A stretch of DNA of 64,000 nt from Octopus sinensis (Eukaryota). Made by a program: the position numbers and the translations under genes. How positions within the stretch are numbered: the first letter of the stretch is position 1; the number at the start of each line of letters is the position of its first letter. Shown piece by piece: positions 25,083-37,207 of this stretch. The notes under the pieces are model-generated. The model was not told the DNA's origin, searched no databases, and saw nothing but the letters and a program-made list of their open reading frames with translations. Where the stretch lies: the NCBI RefSeq assembly GCF_006345805.1, contig NC_043004.1:96286001-96350000 (forward strand), read 5' to 3'.

Positions 25083-25990
25083 AGGTGATGAGCTGGTAGA
25101 AAAGTTAGCATGCCAGGTGAAACATGTAGCAATATTTCATCTGTCTTTATGTTCTGAGTTCAAATTTTGGTAAGGTCGACCTTACCTTTCATTCCTTCGG
25201 GGTCAATAAATTGAGTACCAGTTGTGTATTGGGGTAGATCTAATCGACTGCCCCTCTCCCCAAAAGTTTTGGGCCTTGGGCCGGGAGTAGAAAAGAATAT
25301 GCTGTGCTTGAGAAGAAGACTCATCAAGCCAAATGAAATCATAGTCATGACAGACACTCGAGTCCTGCAAATGGCACCTGTACAGTTATATTTAGCCCCA
25401 TGTAACTTGATTTTCCATAGGCTCATCATGGGAACCTAGCCAATTGACTGCTTGAACCTGATGAGCTAAGTTCCTGTGAGGAACCTGCAAAACTTTAAGT
25501 GGCATGGGACTGAAAAAAACTGTTTTAGATAATCCTTTCTACTATAGACATCAGGACTGAAATTTTGTGCAGGGTGGGGTGGGTGTGGATGGGCTAGTCA
25601 ATTACATCGACCCCAGTGTGTAACTGGTACTTATTTCATCGACTCTGAAAAGATGAAAGGCAAAGTCAACCTTGGCAGGATTTGAACTCAGAATGTAAGG
25701 ACAGATGAAATGCTGTTAAGCATTTTGCCTCGCAAGCTAAATGATTCTGCCAGCTTGCCACATTAAGTGTTATGCATATTATTATTCAAAACAGTTTAAG
25801 TTGGTGAGCTAGCAGAATCATTAGCATGCCGGGCAAAATGGTTGGCAGCATTTCTCCCATCTTTATATTCTGAGATCACATTCTGCCAGGGTCACCTTTG
25901 CTCTTCCTACTTTTAGGGTTGAGCATTGAGGTTGACGACATTGATTTAATCCTCACCCCTGAAATTGTTAGCCTTGTGCCAAAATTTGCA
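25083..25990. mobile_element. cluster of three SINE family D copies (+25083-25297, -25535-25760, +25800-25990) with an RTE tail fragment
   Basis: GGTGAGCTGG.AGAA..TTAGCATGCC..GAGTTCAAATT..CTTTCATTCCTTCGGGGTCAATAAA..AGTACCAG core. Confidence 0.8.
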
Positions 25991-26126
25991 AGCAATATAT
26001 ATGACTCTTACTAAATGTGCCAAATGCCTTTTTTCCTTCAATTGTCCACTCACTTGTACATGCATACTCACACACACATGCACACTCACATATATGTATC
26101 TATGTGTATGTGTGTGCATGTGTATA

Positions 26127-26385
26127 TCATCATCATCATCATCGTCATCGTATAATGTCTGCTTTCCATGCTAGAAAGCCAGTGGCTGCACCCACCAGGC
26201 TCCAATCTGATCTGGCAATGTTTCTAAAGCTGGATGCCCTTCCTAACACCAACTACTCTGAGAGTGTAGTTGGTGCTATTTATGTACCACTGACATGGGA
26301 GCCAGTCAGGCAGCCCTGGCATCGATCACATTTGGATAGTGCTTTTTACATGCCACTAGCACAAGAGCCAGCCAGATGCACTGGC
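26127..26385 (-). mobile_element. RTE-associated 3' tail fragment
   Basis: ctggatgcccttcctaacaccaac...; (CAT)n at the left end. Confidence 0.75.
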
Positions 26386-26611
26386 CATTCTTTTATTTGA
26401 TTCAGTCATTTGACTGGGGCCATGCTGGAGCACTACCTTTAGTCAAACAAATCCTAGTACTTATTCTATCAGTCTCTTTTGCAAAACAGCTAACTTATGG
26501 CCACATAAACACAACATCGGTTGTCAAGCAATGGTAGGGGGACAAATACACACACACACACACACAGAAAGGAGGAATTTTGATTATCTCCACGTTGTGA
26601 GTTGTAATATA

Positions 26612-26840
26612 TATATATAAGAAATTAAAGAAGGAAAATGCACACTTGTTATATAGTTTTAATATGATTTTTAATATATTTTATATTGTGTTTGTCGACT
26701 GGTTTCACTTTCGCTAATCATGACATTAAAATTTTAATGTTATGATTAACAAAAGCGAAACTAGTCAACAAACACAATATAAAATATATTAAAACTATGT
26801 AAAGTGTGTGCATTTTCCTTCTTTAATTTCTAATATATAT
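26612..26840. mobile_element. ~230-bp palindromic fold-back element with an HHR-variant in each arm
   Basis: Centre cattaaaattttaatg; arms end agaaattaaagaaggaaaatgcacac / gtgtgcattttccttctttaatttct; TA flanks. Confidence 0.85.
26738..26770 (+). ncRNA. minimal hammerhead-like motif, A3-U8 core variant (mirror copy 26693-26725, -)
   Basis: TGTT-ATGATTA-ac-aaaa-gc-GAAAC-ta-GTC^AACA; minus arm TGTC-ATGATTA-GC-gaaa-GT-GAAAC-ca-GTC^GACA. Confidence 0.55.
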
Positions 26841-27071
26841 AAAGAATAAAAAGCTTTGAATGGTACAACAATGCACTATAATACAAACAATTGGCTATAT
26901 ATACATATGAGAGGCTTCTTTCAGTTTCCATCTACCAAATCAACTCACAAGGCTTTGGTTGGCTTGAAGATATAGTAGGAGGCACTTGCCCAAGGTGCCA
27001 CACTGTGGGACTGAAACCGGAACCATGTGGTCGGTAGGCAAGCTACTTACTACACATCCACACCTGCGCCT

Positions 27072-27230
27072 TGTTTCTCTCCTTGTTTCTTTCTGTGTTC
27101 CTTTTTGTGGAAGAGTGTAGGCTCAAAACGTAAATGACTTTTTCAATTCCTGAGCATTATACTAATACATCTGTTTGTTTTCTACACCACCTGTCTTAGT
27201 CTTTTGTTTTTTTCGTGAATTCTCCCTATA
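27072..27230 (+). mobile_element. Penelope-type terminal-repeat fragment (same family as 18450-18885)
   Basis: ttgtggaagagtgtaggctcaaaacgtaaatgac...cctgagc..atactaataca; ends in (TA)n. Confidence 0.65.
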
Positions 27231-27234
27231 TATA

Positions 27235-27282
<48 letters not shown>

Positions 27283-27518
27283 TATATGTGTGAGGTGTGG
27301 ATACACATATGCATGCACACACACATACACATACATATGCAGGCATATACAAAATGTGTACATACATGAGTATGTACATTTTTTTAGCTTAAGGCAATTG
27401 TCTAGAGGTTATTTCTGAAATAAGGTGTGATATTATAAATATGAATGCTAAACTAAACATGGTAAAATCTGTAAAACAAATCTTAGATATTTATAGACAA
27501 ATATATTTACATTGTGTG

Positions 27519-27852
27519 AAGGCACATAGCTCAGTGTTTAGAGCGTCGAGCTTACGATAGTGAGGTTGTGAGTTCGATTCCTGGACCGGGATGTGTGTTG
27601 TGTTCTTGAGCAAGACACTTTATTTCACGTTGCTCCAGTTCACTCAGCTGTAGAAATGAGTTGCGACATTACAAGTGCCAAGCTATATCGGCCTTTGCCT
27701 TTCCCTTGGATAACACTGGTGGTGTAGAGAGGGGAGGCCGGTATGCATGGACGACTGCTAGTCTTCCATAAACAACCTCACCCTGACTTGTGCCTCGGAG
27801 GGTAACTTTCTAGGTGCAGTCCCATGGTCATTCATGACCGAAGGAGGTCTCC
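27519..27852 (+). mobile_element. SINE family B, full length
   Basis: As 20960-21290. Confidence 0.9.
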
Positions 27853-28141
27853 TCCTCTTATTTACGTTGTGAATAGGTACATGCTCTGTAGGCAAGTGCA
27901 TATATACACTAACAAACACATATGCAATGGTTAATGTGAAAGGACCAAGTTATATAAACATATATCTAATCACATGCAATTATAGATATATATTGATAAG
28001 AACACTCATGAACGGAAACATACACAAGTTCTTATTAATCATAAATAACATTATATCATACTAAAGTTGTTATCATAGCCATAAGAGCACCACACACGGG
28101 GATGATGTGCGTACATATATAATATATATATATATATATAG

Positions 28142-28553
28142 AGGCGCAGGAGTGGCTGTGTGGTAAGTAGCTTGCTAACCAACCACATGGTTCCAGGTTC
28201 AGTCTCACTGCATGGCATCTTGGGCAAGTGTCTTCTGCTATAGCCCCGGGCCGACCAATGCCTTGTGAGTGGATTTGGTAGATGGAAACTGAAAGAAGCC
28301 TGTCGTATATATGTATATATATATATGTATGTGTGTGTGTGCTTGTGTGTCTGTGTTTGTCCCCCTAGCATTGCCTCACAACCGATGCTGGTGTGTTTAC
28401 GTCCCCGTCATCTAGCGGTTTGGCAATAGAGACCGATAGAATAAGTACTGGGCTTACAAAGAATAAGTTCCGGGGTCGATTTACTCAACTAAAGGCGGTG
28501 CTCCAGCATGGCCGCAGTCAAATAAGTGAAACAAGTAAAAGAGTAAAAGAGTA
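28142..28553 (+). mobile_element. SINE family A, full length
   Basis: As above. Confidence 0.92.
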
Positions 28554-28579
28554 ATATATATATATATATATATATATAT

Positions 28580-28786
28580 TCTTTTACTTGTTTCAGTCAT
28601 TTGACTGCGGCCATGCTGGAGCTCTGCCTTTTAGTCGAGTAATTCGACCCCAGGACTTATTCTTTGTAAGCCTAGTACTTATTCTATCAGTCTCTTTTGC
28701 TGAACCACTAAGTTACGGGGATGTAAACACACCACCGTCGGTTGTCAAGCAATGGTAGGGGGACAAACACAGACACACAAACATAT

Positions 28787-28827
<41 letters not shown>

Positions 28828-28950
28828 TACGATGGGCTAAGGCTTTGGTCGGGCCGAGACTATAGTAGAAGACACTTGCCCAAGGTGCCACGAACCCGGA
28901 ACCATGTGATTGGTAAGCAAGCTACTTACCACACAGCCACTCCTACACCT
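28580..28950 (-). mobile_element. SINE family A with small internal deletions
   Basis: Tail-to-tail with the previous copy. Confidence 0.9.
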
Positions 28951-29987
28951 ATATATATATATATATAAGCATAAATACATATATAGACTCATACAAAAAC
29001 AGGTGTACTCTGAGATATATATATACTTAGACATATATGCGAGCACAAATTCTCATACAGGTGTATGTGTATAAATACATGCTGATGAAAGACACTCACA
29101 TACATGTATACATTCTTACATTCATACATACATACATGCATACATGCATGCATACATACATACATACATACATACATACATGCATACATACATACATAGA
29201 TACATATATGTACATCACACACTGGCATACATATATAGTAATAGGCAAACAACATATGCACACGCACATGTAGATACATAGACCAGTACACTCTCTCTTT
29301 TTCTCTCTGTGTCTGTCTGTCTATCTGTCTCTCTCTGTCTGTCTATCTCTCTCTCTCTCTATCTCTATCTCTCTCTTATATAGACACAAGCAAACACAAC
29401 ACAATTATACATACATATGCTCTATTGCAGCCCACAGTATTAACAATTTAAACTATGTAACAAAAACCCAAACTAAGCCAAAGTATTTAGTTTTATTTCA
29501 AAAATAAATATTCAATATTAAATTTTCATTTTCGTTTTATTTATTATATTCTTATTCATTTTTTCTTTTTTCTTTTTTTCGGCAGAGAGGAGGAAATTAT
29601 TGTAATTTTTAATGTACCTGTCATGGCAGTTGTAAAAGTACCTAAAACAGTTAATAATGAAGAAAATAATCTCTGAAATAAGTGTACAAAGAAACAAACA
29701 GCCAATATTTCATCGTTCCCCACAGCTATGAATTTCACTTGGGAAAGTTAACAGAAATAAAAGCATACTAATAAGAATAATAATTAATTGTTATTAAGCA
29801 AAAACAGAGTAAAAATATAGCACCAAACAATAATAACAGCATCAGCAACGGTTGCAACATAATGTGTTTAGTTAACAGGATAAACTGAATATAATTCCTT
29901 TAGTTTGTTTTATGCTGCTATGACCAAAATGAGATCTCTGCCAAACAGACAAATAAATAAATAAATAAATATATATATATATATATA

Positions 29988-30392
29988 TAGGAGTGGCTGT
30001 GTGGTAAGTAGCTTGTTTACCAATCACATGGTTCCCGGTTCAGTCCCACTGCATGGTACCTTGGGCAAGTGTCTTCTACTATAGCCTCGGGCTGACCAAA
30101 GCCTTGTGAGTGGATTTGGTAGACGGAAACTGAAAGAAGCCTGTCGTATATATGTATATATATATATATATATGTGTATTTGTATTTGTGTGTTTGTGTT
30201 TGTCCCCCTAGCATTGCTTGACAACCGATGCTGGTGTGTTTATGTCCCCGTTACTTAGCGGTTCGGCAAAAGAGACCGATAGAATAAGTACTGGGCTTAC
30301 AAAAGAATAAGTCCCGGGGTCGAGTTGCTCGATTAAAGGTGGTGCTCCAGCATGACCGCAGTCAAATGACTGAAACAAGTAAAAGAAAAAAG
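29988..30392 (+). mobile_element. SINE family A
   Basis: As above. Confidence 0.92.
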
Positions 30393-30560
30393 AGAAATAT
30401 ATATATATATATATATATATCAATGAAAGGAAATATAAAATAAGTGATTTTTTTAAACATATATTTCAACAGTTTTGAGATATATTAATCTTTAGAAGAT
30501 TTGAAAATAATAGAGAAATATAAACTCATCTCTATATATATATAATTTCACACTGCAAAT

Positions 30561-30870
30561 TGGAGGCACATGGCCTAGTGGTTAGAGCAGTGGCCTCATG
30601 GTCGAGGGATCGTGGGTTCGGATCTCAGACCGGGCGATGTGTGTGTTTATGAGTGAAACACCTAAGCTCCATGCGGCTCCGGAAGAAGGTGATGGTGAAC
30701 TTCTGCTGACTCTTTCACCACAACTTTCTCTCACTCTTTCCTCCTGCATCTTGCAGTTCACCTGCGATGGACCGGCACCTCATCCAGGTGGTGAACCTAT
30801 ACGCCAAGGAAACCGGGAAAACGGCCCTTATGAGCCAGGCATGGCTTGAGAAGGAACACACAACAACAAC
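30561..30870 (+). mobile_element. SINE family C variant with (AAC)n tail
   Basis: GGAGGCACATGGCCTAGTGGTTAGAGC..GGGTTCGGATCTC; CCTGCGATGGACCGGCACCTCATCCAGG (V-like); TSD-like cactgcaaatt on both sides. Confidence 0.88.
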
Positions 30871-31172
30871 ACTGCAAATTTTGTCTGAGGTTAAAGTGCT
30901 GAAATACTTGTCAAAGAGTGATGAGTTCATTCCTTGATGTTCACTGTGATTTCGCTGTTTAGCCCAATATCAACTAATTAATTTAGTAGCCAATAAATTA
31001 ATAATCAAAGACTTTACAGCTGACCCTTTATTTCACAAATGGTCCACCAATGATTACGTTATTCAAGTAACCTTATTTACCGCTCCTTTGGTCACTACTT
31101 TCATGAGTTTCATAAGAACTTTCTTGCAGTTGACTCATTAGAAATATAATATCCAAATTTACTGGTATACGC

Positions 31173-31376
31173 TTTACTCTTTACTCTTTTACTTGTTTCA
31201 GTCATTTGACTGTGGCCATGCTGGAGCACAGCCTTTAGTCGTGCAAATCGACCCCAGGACTTATTCTTTGTAAGCCTAGTACTTATTCTATCAGTCTCTT
31301 TTGCTAAGTTATGGGGACATAAACACACCAGCATTGGTTGTCAAGTGATGTTGAGGGGAAAAACACAGACACACAA

Positions 31377-31413
<37 letters not shown>

Positions 31414-31580
31414 CATAAATACGACAGGCTTCTTTCATTTTCTGTCTATCAAATCCACTCACAAGGCTTTGGTCGGCCCAAGGCTATAGTAGAAGACACT
31501 TGCCCAAGGTGCCACGCAGTGGGACTGAACCCGGAACCATGTGGTTGGTAAGCAAGCTACTTACCACATAGCCACTCCTA
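31173..31580 (-). mobile_element. SINE family A
   Basis: As above. Confidence 0.9.
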
Positions 31581-31654
31581 TATATAAATAAATATAAACT
31601 GCATCTTATCTAAGTAAACATTACATGTATTTACTTTAATAATACTTCCACCTT

Positions 31655-31983
31655 GCTTCCCAACCACATGGTTCCAGGTTCAGTCCCACTGCATGGCACC
31701 TTGGGTAAGTGTCTTCTACTATGGCCTCAGGCTGACCAAAGACTTGTGTGTGGATTTGGTAGACGGAAACTGAAAGAAGCCCATCGTATAAGTGTGTGTG
31801 TTTGTATGTCTGTGTTTGTCCCCTCACCACACCATTGCTTGACAACTAATGTTGGTGTGCCTTCATCCCTGTAACTTAGCAGCTTGACAAAGAGACCAAT
31901 AGAATACATACTAGGCTTACGAAGAATAAATCCTGGGGTCGATTTGTTTGACTAAAGGTGGTACTCCAGTATGTCCACAGTCA
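31655..31983 (+). mobile_element. SINE family A, clipped at both ends
   Basis: As above. Confidence 0.85.
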
Positions 31984-32332
31984 AAACCATTTTTGATTAT
32001 TCAATTTAATAACCATCATAGTATTTACATAGGTTCATATTTTCACATTCTCAGAAATTATTCTTAAAACCTCATATACATTCACTGCTTATATCTTCAG
32101 AGGAGCATTATCATTCTAACATTAACCTCAATAGCTGAACCTGCTCTCATTTCCACTTAAAGTAGGCTCCATACTGATCTGCTCATACCAATTATTTAAT
32201 CACCTTTCAGAATTACGCTTATATACCTATTCTTTGTTATTCTAGGTAAACTTATTTCAAATTACATCCTGATTTGTACAAACACTCAGCTTCGTAATTA
32301 AGAATATTTTACCCTTTCCATTATCATAGTAT

Positions 32333-33116
32333 TGTAAGAAATATGAACGCACGTGGTCACATTGTGTAGGGAATACGATCGCACGTGGTCATATTCTTAA
32401 CGAATTATTATAAGCCATAAATACAATGCAGTACCAAAAGAACATAGGTGAGTTGACGACAAGCCTTCGGTTGAGAGACAAATATTATTTTATTTACAAT
32501 CGTGCTGATGTTAGAAGTTTGTAAGTGTTAGCACGTATGTGTGTATGCAACACGTTTTTGTGTCTGTGTGTTTGAGTGTGTGACAGATACAATCAGGGTG
32601 AATGCGTGTGACATAGAAAGGTACAAAGCATAAAGTTAATAATGGAAATTGGTTTACAGTTTGTATGGCGAAGATGTTAGAGGCGACTCGAAGTTGGTAC
32701 ATGATGGTGGCGACGGCGAAGATAGTAGGCTTTCTGTGGTGAGTGTACATTAGCGTCGTCGCTAGTTGTAGCAGGAGCAATCATATATCGCTGGGTTGAG
32801 TAGCGCTGTGGTCTGAAGTTAGTCCTTACAAGGACTGGAACCAAAGATGCAAGTATACTGAAAACACTCCCTTATATACAAGTAAGTGGCTGAAACCAAA
32901 GGCCGTGATTAGTTGGCTTGGGACAGTGGCACGAAATAAGTAGAGACAAATCGCGTCACATGTCAACCAATCAGGTTAGTGGTTACAACTGGAACAACTC
33001 GGCGGAAGATGGCTGTAATCTCAAACAAGATCATTTTTGCCATGTCTCTCAAACAGTGAGGATATCAGAGACCGCTACAGCCACATTTCAAAATGGCTGA
33101 AACTGCTACTGCTACA
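32333..33116 (-). mobile_element. solo LTR (784 bp), probably Gypsy-type
   Basis: TGTA...TACA termini; 4-bp TSD GTAT (32329-32332 / 33117-33120); CpG-richer than flanks; on - strand a TATA-like GTATATAAG (~32870-32878) precedes AATAAA (~32490). Confidence 0.8.
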
Positions 33117-33479
33117 GTATCAATACTTAGAAATCTCATTTCTTTTTGCACATCAAACTAGAGACATCAAATGTTATGCTTTCTTTCTAGAGTGTCTTAG
33201 CTTTTATAGTTATCCACTTTCTGTTACCGTTTCCAGACCTGTCACTGAGTTCTGAAGTCATTGTTCACTCTACTATTGTATGACCATTTTGTCTGCTGCT
33301 TGGCTGGGTCCCTGATTTGCCTACAGCGCTAGTTGTGGCTTGCAGAAAGATGTCTCAGAAGAAAGCCAGACGATTACCATTTGTCTCTGAATTCCTATTA
33401 AATTAACATGCTCTAGAACTGTTAGTGTTTTGCCATAACAGACGTTTTATTCTGTTTCACATGACATTGTTAAAAGGCA

Positions 33480-34600
33480 GCATTCTGGCAGGTGGCATTT
33501 TTGATATGTATTATGTAGCATTAGCCAGTGGGATAAAGGTTTGGGCTTTTAGGTTCCTGGTCCTTACTTTCCTGCTCTATAATTGTAAGATTTGGATATT
33601 GTTTGGGGCCCTTAGAAGCTGCCTGAACTCATTTGGTTCTAGGACACTTTGCAGGATTATGCGCTACCATTGACTGCATTTCATATCCAACTAATGACTC
33701 AACTCAGAAACTCAGATGCCTCTTATAACATGTCTGATTCACGATGGGAACATCAGCTCAGACAGTTTGGCCACGTTGCTTGATTTTCCCAGTTAGACCT
33801 TGCATACCATATTCTCTTTGTGGAGGTGCATGGCTTAGTGGTTAAGCTGTCAGCATCATGATTGTAAGATTATGGTTTCGATTCCTGGACTGGGTGACGT
33901 GTTGTGTTCTTGAGCAAAACACTTCATTTCATGTTGCTCCAGTCCACTCAGCTGGCAAAAATGAGTAACGCTGCGATGGACTGGTGTCCCGTCCAGCTGG
34001 AGAACACATGAGCTATTGAAACCGGGAAACCGGGCCCATGAGCCTGGCTAGGCTTTAAAAGGGTGAGAAGTGGAGGCATGTGGCTTAGTGGCTAGGGTGT
34101 CAGCACCATGACTGTAAGATTGAGGTTTCGATTCCTGGACCGGGCGACGCGTTGTGTTCTTGAGCAAAACACTTCATTTCACATTGCTCCAGTCCACTCA
34201 GCTGGCAAAAATGAGTAACGCTGTGATGGACTGGCGCCCCATCCAGCTGGGGAACACATACGCCATTGAAACCGGGAAACCGGGCCCATTAGCCTGGCTA
34301 GGCTTTAAAAGGGCACATTTATTTTATTTTATTACCATATTCTCTTCACTGAGGATCTGGCTGGGTCGATTATTTTGATTATCCAAGCTAATGAACATCA
34401 TAGTATTCACATAGGTTCATATTTTCACATTCTCAGAAATTATTCTTAAAGGCTCATGGTCACAACAGATAAGGAGGTCCTCTCCCAGAATAGGGGTCAG
34501 ACTGAGACTCTGCTTGACAGGTTGCTTGAGAGGACTCAGGAATACACCAACCAGTGGTGAATGCAGGAATGTGCTTCAATGACACATTCCCCTACACTTG
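33480..34600 (+). mobile_element. old RTE LINE 3' remnant interrupted by a SINE dimer and an ~80-bp templated insert
   Basis: FRFLVLTFLLYNCKIW..LNSFGSRTLCRIMRYH*..QLRQFGHVA*FSQLDLAY.IL fits the RTE ORF end. Confidence 0.75.
33819..34332 (+). mobile_element. homodimeric SINE (2 x 250 bp, family C)
   Basis: Monomers start 33820 and 34070; one 14-bp TSD taccatattctctt (33805-33818 / 34333-34346) encloses both. Confidence 0.92.
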
Positions 34601-34879
34601 ATAAATTTTTAACTGTGAAGCTCCAGCTTCTTACAAAATATGAACAGAGTAGAAAATAAAACACTTACAGATAAGGGTTTGTAATGAAGACGAAAATTGG
34701 TTCTTATAAATGTAACAACAATGCAATAATATCTATATTGATCCTGATGATGAGAAGAAGGAAGAAAACTAAATAAATGAATAATGATTTTTAAAAATTT
34801 AAATGAGAAAAGCACTAATTTACAAGTAGTAATACATACATACATACATACATAAATACATACATACATGCATGCATGC

Positions 34880-35047
34880 CTGTCTTTTTTTTTTTTATTT
34901 TGTCCCCCCCTTTTTTGTCCTCTTTCTTTCCTTTTACGATCCCTTTTGATCGAAAACCAAACCCCATTTTTTTTACCCCCAAAAGAAAAGTTCTACCTTG
35001 TAATTTGTCCTGTCTGTGTGCAGCCCTGTGTGGCTAATAAAGAAACA

Positions 35048-35123
<76 letters not shown>

Positions 35124-35630
35124 ACCACTTGAAAAGGAAAGTGAGAGTAGAGAGGCAAGTTTTGTCTAGCGAATGTTTTAAAAAAAGATGGGTGAATGTA
35201 GCAAGAATGGCACGTATGAATGACGAAGCCACCTTGAGCATAGTCCTATGAACCCAGAAATCGAAAACAGAGAGTTGCTTATTTGCAAAAAAAAAAAAAA
35301 AAAAAAAAAGAAATATAAAATGTGACTTCATTGACCGAGGTTACCGTGGTCTTTTCCGTAGGCTTTTCTTTCCACGGGTAAAACTCACCTGTCCTCCCCT
35401 TTACACTTCATATTGACATTTCTGTGATAACGATCCCTATTGATCAATTTTTTTTTTCCTCTCCCCCTTTTTTTTTTAAACCCCCTTTTTTTTGTCCTCT
35501 TTCTCTCCTTTTACGATCCCTTTTGATCGAAACTCCCCTTTTTTTTTTTTTTTAAACCTTCAAAAGAAAAAACTCTACCTTGTAATTTGTTCTATCTGTG
35601 TGCAGCCCTGTGTGGCTAATAAGAAACATA
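34880..35630 (+). mobile_element. two L1/Tx1-type LINE 3' ends, each followed by (CTAT)n
   Basis: 35125-35251 HLKRKVRVERQVLSSECFKKRWVNV..* (Tx1-like F...W end); 3'UTR end ccttgtaatttgt..tctgtgtgcagccctgtgtggctaata at ~34995-35048 and ~35578-35630. Confidence 0.75.
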
Positions 35631-35729
35631 TCTATCTATCTACTATCTATCTCTCTATCTATCTGTCTATCTATCTATCTTTCTGTCTGTCTATCTATCT
35701 ATCTATCTATCTTTCTGTCTATCTATCTT

Positions 35730-35760
<31 letters not shown>

Positions 35761-35777
35761 GTCTATCTATCTATCTC

Positions 35778-35808
<31 letters not shown>

Positions 35809-35943
35809 CTATCTGTCTATCTATCTATCTTTCTGTCTGTCTATCTATCTATCTATCTATCTTTCTGTCTATCTATCTTTCTATCTATCTATCGATCTCT
35901 CTATCTTTCTGACTATCTATCTACCTTTCTATCTATCTATCTT

Positions 35944-35976
<33 letters not shown>

Positions 35977-36240
35977 TTATCTATCTGTCTATCTGTCTAT
36001 TTATCTATCTGTATTTATGTATATGTATTATATGAATACATATTATATACATATATATGCATGTATATGTATATATCTGTTTATACATTATACATACGTA
36101 CATACACACACACACACATATATATATATAGATAGATAGATATAGATATAGATATATAGAGACGTACATACATGCATACATATCTCTATCCCTCTCTCTC
36201 TCTCTCTCTGTCTCTCTCTCTATATATATATATATATGTA
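35630..36240. repeat. (CTAT)n and mixed microsatellites
   Basis: Direct reading. Confidence 0.95.
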
Positions 36241-36679
36241 TGTGGGATGGGGTGGATACAGAAACTACAACCTGCTTGTGAATGCTGTATAAATGAAAAC
36301 TGCACACAAAGGTAACAGACATTATCAGTTATTATACATAATTCAATGGCAAATTAGGAAGGAATTGATTGTTTCTGTTTCGAAATAAAATATTATGTCT
36401 GATGTACTATTATGTTGGTTTTTTATTCTTTATAAGTTACATGAAAACTTTAAGTATATTTTTTTTTCTTCAAGCCATTATATCCTATTACAAATAAGTT
36501 TTGAGGTGAATAGTGTTGGCTTTATGTCTACATGAATGTATGGCTCTTTCAGAGTAGTTTGATAACCCTAGAGCCAACGGAAATTTAGGCAGACTGCCAG
36601 ATCAAAAACTATTGCAAACTTTCATTTGTCCAAAAGCCCACTTGTCTGAAAACTTTAAAACTGCAGTATTATTATAGAG

Positions 36680-37190
36680 GTGGAAGCACGTGGCTTAGTG
36701 GTTAGGGTGTCAGCATCATGACTGTAAGATTGTGGTTTCGATTCCTGAACTGAGTGACGCGTTGCGTTCTTGAGCAAAACACTTCATTTCACATTGCTCC
36801 AGTCCACTCAGCTGGCAAAAATGAGTAACGCCATGATGGACAGGTGTCCCGTCCAGCTGGGGAACACATGAGCCATTGAAACTGGGAAACCGGGTCCATG
36901 AGCCTAGCTAGGCTTTAAAAGGGCAAGAGGTAGAGGTGTGTGGCTTAGTGGTTAGGGTGTCAGCACCATGATCGTAAGATTGTGGTTTCAATTCTTGGAC
37001 CGGGCGATGCATTGTGTTCTTGAGCAAAACACTTCATTTCACGTTGCTCCAGTCCACTCAGCTGGCAAAAATGAGTAACGCTGTGATGGACTGGCGTCCC
37101 ATCCAGCTGGGGTATACACACACCATAGAAACTGGGAAACCAGTCCCATGAGCCTGGCTAGGCTTTAAAAGGGCGTATTTATTTATTATC
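36680..37190 (+). mobile_element. homodimeric SINE (2 x 250 bp, family C)
   Basis: Monomers start 36680 and 36930; 13-bp TSD tattattatagag (36667-36679 / 37191-37203). Confidence 0.92.
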
Positions 37191-37207
37191 TATTATTATA
37201 GAGACTG

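Larger units (their letters stand above)
26390..27070 (-). mobile_element. SINE family A with a fold-back element inserted in its internal microsatellite
   Basis: 3' half 26390-26565 and 5' half 26900-27070 flank the palindrome. Confidence 0.85.

Noticed and set aside
27519-27590. tRNA-like sequence with a TAC loop (also other SINE heads)
   Set aside because: No proper acceptor stem; continues into the SINE body, so it is a SINE head rather than a tRNA gene.
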